Shown here in pieces: positions 37,896-40,623 of a stretch of 40,623 nt of DNA (position 1 is its first letter; every line of letters begins with the position of its first letter). Source of the DNA: Octopus bimaculoides (lineage: Eukaryota). The stretch lies in NCBI RefSeq assembly GCF_001194135.2, contig NC_068983.1, positions 151,964,411 to 152,005,033 of the forward strand, read 5' to 3'. The notes beneath the pieces were generated by a model. It was given only the letters and a program-made list of their open reading frames with translations, searched no databases and was not told where the DNA came from. A program made the position numbers and the translations under genes.

Positions 37896-39340
37896 TTTCG
37901 GTTTGTCTTTGTGGATGACTTAAAACTTTATACGAAGAATATGCATGACATGAAAAAGAGCCTTGGCCTAGTTACAACGTTCTCAAAGGATGTAGGATTG
38001 GAGTTTGTTCAGGATAAATGTCATATGGTTGTGAAAAGGTGGAAAACTATAAACCAGACTAGTAACATTTCCATTAATGGTGACGTGGAATGTTACAGGT
38101 ATCTAGATTTGGATTCAAATGCACCTTACAGTGGCACCTGTAACATCACACGTGTCACTAAAGAATATTACAGCCGAAAAAAGAAAATTTGGACATTCGG
38201 CAACATCTTTTAACCACAAAATTTGCATGCATGAGGCTGATAACATCATAAGACTTGGAAGGCAGCTCCTTGAGCAACACTATTTGTCTGACAAACTAGA
38301 ATACATGCCCAAAGAAGTCGCACAGCTCTATCGCAACGTATCATCAGATGAAAGGATGAGTCTGCATGAGCAGAAAACTATGCATGGATATGTTACTACA
38401 AATCTCTGTGATGATAATAACAGCGATCATCAAAGCAGTTTATCATGGACGAATAGCCGGATTACTACCTCCCACTTTGAAAGGTATGCGTTTGCAATCC
38501 AGAAACAGGAAATATCAGACAAGTACCTGATGCACAAAAGGGATAGAGATGTAGATAAAGGCGAAAAGTGTGACAACCGATGCAGAATTTGTGGAATTCA
38601 CACTGAAGATATCACCCACATCATAAGCAGTTGCCCGAAAATATTATCACGGTATTATCTACCGATGAGACATGACGTTGTAGCTTGAACACTCAATAAT
38701 GAAATCCGTCAGAAGGATAATCCTGAGGAGGAAGAAATAAAAACCCACAATATGGTAGAAGCCATAGCCACTCATAATAGAAAGGAATATTGGTGGAATG
38801 TACCAGTGAAGACCTCAATAAAATGTAAGCATAACAGACCTGATATAAGATTTAGGCTAGAGAAAAAAAGTTGTGGAAATCGGCTGCCCAGCGGATGTTA
38901 ACATAAAGCTGCAGACAAGTGAAAATAAGAATACCTATGCTGAACTATTGAGAAATCTGCAGTTACTCTTTCCAGATTACAAATTCAGGTTTATACCTGT
39001 AATTATTGGGTCACTGGAATATGTAACAGACTGCTTAAATACCAATCGTGAGAAATTAAGCTTCCCAAAACCAGAAAGGAGAAAGCTAATCCAATCCATC
39101 ACTGGAACTGTAAAAATCTGTAAAACTTTCCAGACGTTTATCATTTGAATATATATGAGCATGTCTAGATATGCAAATGTATGCATGAGAATATATACAT
39201 AAAACATACAAATCTGCACATACATACATACAAACAAAAATACCCTGTTGTTGATGTTGAAATTCCAATGAAGGAGCTTTGGATTTAGGTTAGAAACCGG
39301 TTCTTTCTTCATTGCTGAGAAATCTTGAAGTAAGCTGAAT
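37896..39340 (+). mobile_element. 3' part of an R4/Dong-like RLE LINE (RT domains 5-7, CCHC knuckle, PD-(D/E)xK nuclease, 3' UTR); pseudogenised
   Basis: FVDDLKLY; CRICGIHTEDITHIISSCP followed by RHDVVA; KHNRPDI; EIGCP...YAELLRNLQLLFPDYKFRFIPVIIGSL; stop at 39148. The UTR appears to end near GCTGAATAATGA before (CATA)n. Clade assignment is from motif memory. Confidence 0.88.
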
Positions 39341-39885
39341 AATGACATACATACATACATGCATGCATACATAGATAGATAAATAGATAGATAGATACAT
39401 ATATACATTTAAAAAATAGAAATTGTAGAAGACTTGTTTAAATGTTTGTAAAAGACTAAACACCGCTATAGGCACCCAACGCTGCTAAGGGTACCACAAT
39501 CTGCAAAAGGTACCCAAAACTGTTAAAAGTACCCAAGACGCAGGTGTCAGTAAACAATCGAACAATGAATTAAGTCTGACACTCAAGAACTCATGACATA
39601 ATCGTCCCGAACAAATACCACTTTGTATTCTCTTTCACATTCTCACAATCTCGTTGTCATTTCTTTTCCCTGCACGATTGGTAATTTCTCGAAAGGACAA
39701 AACGCAAAGCTGACAACGGAGAAATTCATACTCAGATAGAAGAGAACCGAAACGAGTACTTCCAATTACCACATCTAAATTCTGTCTCGCACTCGGAGAC
39801 AGTATTTTAATTATATAAACTGCTTTTATATATTTCTTATTTAGTTTTAATAACTAACACGTATCGTCAATATCCAATAGCTTAA

Positions 39886-40036
39886 GGCGGCGAGCTGGCA
39901 GAAACGTTAAGCACGCCGGGCAAAATGCTTAGCGGTATTTCGTCTGTCTTTACGTTCTGAGTTCAAATTCCGCCGAGGTTGATCTTGCCTTTCATCCTTT
40001 CGGAATGAAATTAAGTACCAGTTGCTTACTGGGGTC
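39886..40036 (+). mobile_element. SINE family B, 3'-truncated
   Basis: GGCGGCGAGCTGGCAGAAACG (A-box-like), GAGTTCAAATTCC (B-box-like), TTGCCTTTCATCCTTTCGG...AAGTACCAG...CTGGGGTC. Confidence 0.9.
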
Positions 40037-40592
40037 ATACATAACTACGAACGTTCTGGTGACTATGCTGTTGCTTAGGCCCCGATGAATACTGATCAAG
40101 AAATTCAGGGAAAATGTGCTCCATCTATGATCATACTATAATTTTTTTTTTGATATTATCCATTATAATCCCAATGTGTAAAAAGTGTTACCAGAGATAA
40201 ATTTAACTGCTATTTCGTGCAGATTCGGCAAAACCAAAAGACCATTTCATTATGTGTAGTAACAGCGTTACTACACATATCTTAAATTTTATTATGTTGT
40301 AAACTTGCGGTAACCATGAGATATAACGTTGCGGTATCTAAGCGAAAGTTCGTCAGCAGTCGTAACTGTTCCTTTAGACTATCGAACTTGAGATTTTGAT
40401 AAACGTGTGTTAATACTGTGGGAGATAGTGTTCAGTTATGTCGGTCGTAACAGCGCAATGTGTGGTTAAGAAAATGAAAATGGAAGCTATGTATGTATGT
40501 ATTTATGCATGTATGTATGTATGTATGAATGTATGAATGTATTTATGAAATGTATGCGTGTATGTATGTATACATGCACATATACTTGCGAA

Positions 40593-40623
<31 letters not shown>

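Noticed and set aside
37360-39240. ACATACATACAAACA at about 37362 and 39224 as a TSD of the RLE LINE
   Set aside because: Low-complexity word, and neither copy abuts the inferred element ends.

Overview
AT-rich eukaryotic DNA, dense in microsatellites, with 13 assembly gaps (N runs). No host protein-coding gene could be recognised. The SINE consensuses (recognised from memory), the (TA)n/(CA)n/(TATG)n density and the gap pattern suggest an Octopus short-read assembly; this is inference, not a database result. Nearly all long ORFs in the track are artefacts of dinucleotide repeats and N runs. Supportable content is a transposon graveyard: a full-length degenerate DD34D mariner with TIRs and TA duplication (18186-19447), two further Tc1/mariner-superfamily transposase relics, a mariner 5' fragment, a Tc1-type MITE, a 354-bp foldback palindrome, a Penelope-like GIY-YIG relic, a LINE 3' end with tandem C2H2 fingers, an R4/Dong-like RLE LINE with an inverted 5' part, and three families of tRNA-derived SINEs. 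The best leads are: (1) a type-I hammerhead-ribozyme motif at 29091-29220, one substitution from canonical, plus three weaker hammerhead-like motifs, pointing to a Penelope/retrozyme-like mobile RNA family; (2) twin-priming-like geometry in an RLE-clade LINE; (3) a foldback whose symmetry extends into flanking sequence; (4) a pre-miRNA-like hairpin at 16415-16491. All structures were paired by eye; no folding or search was run.
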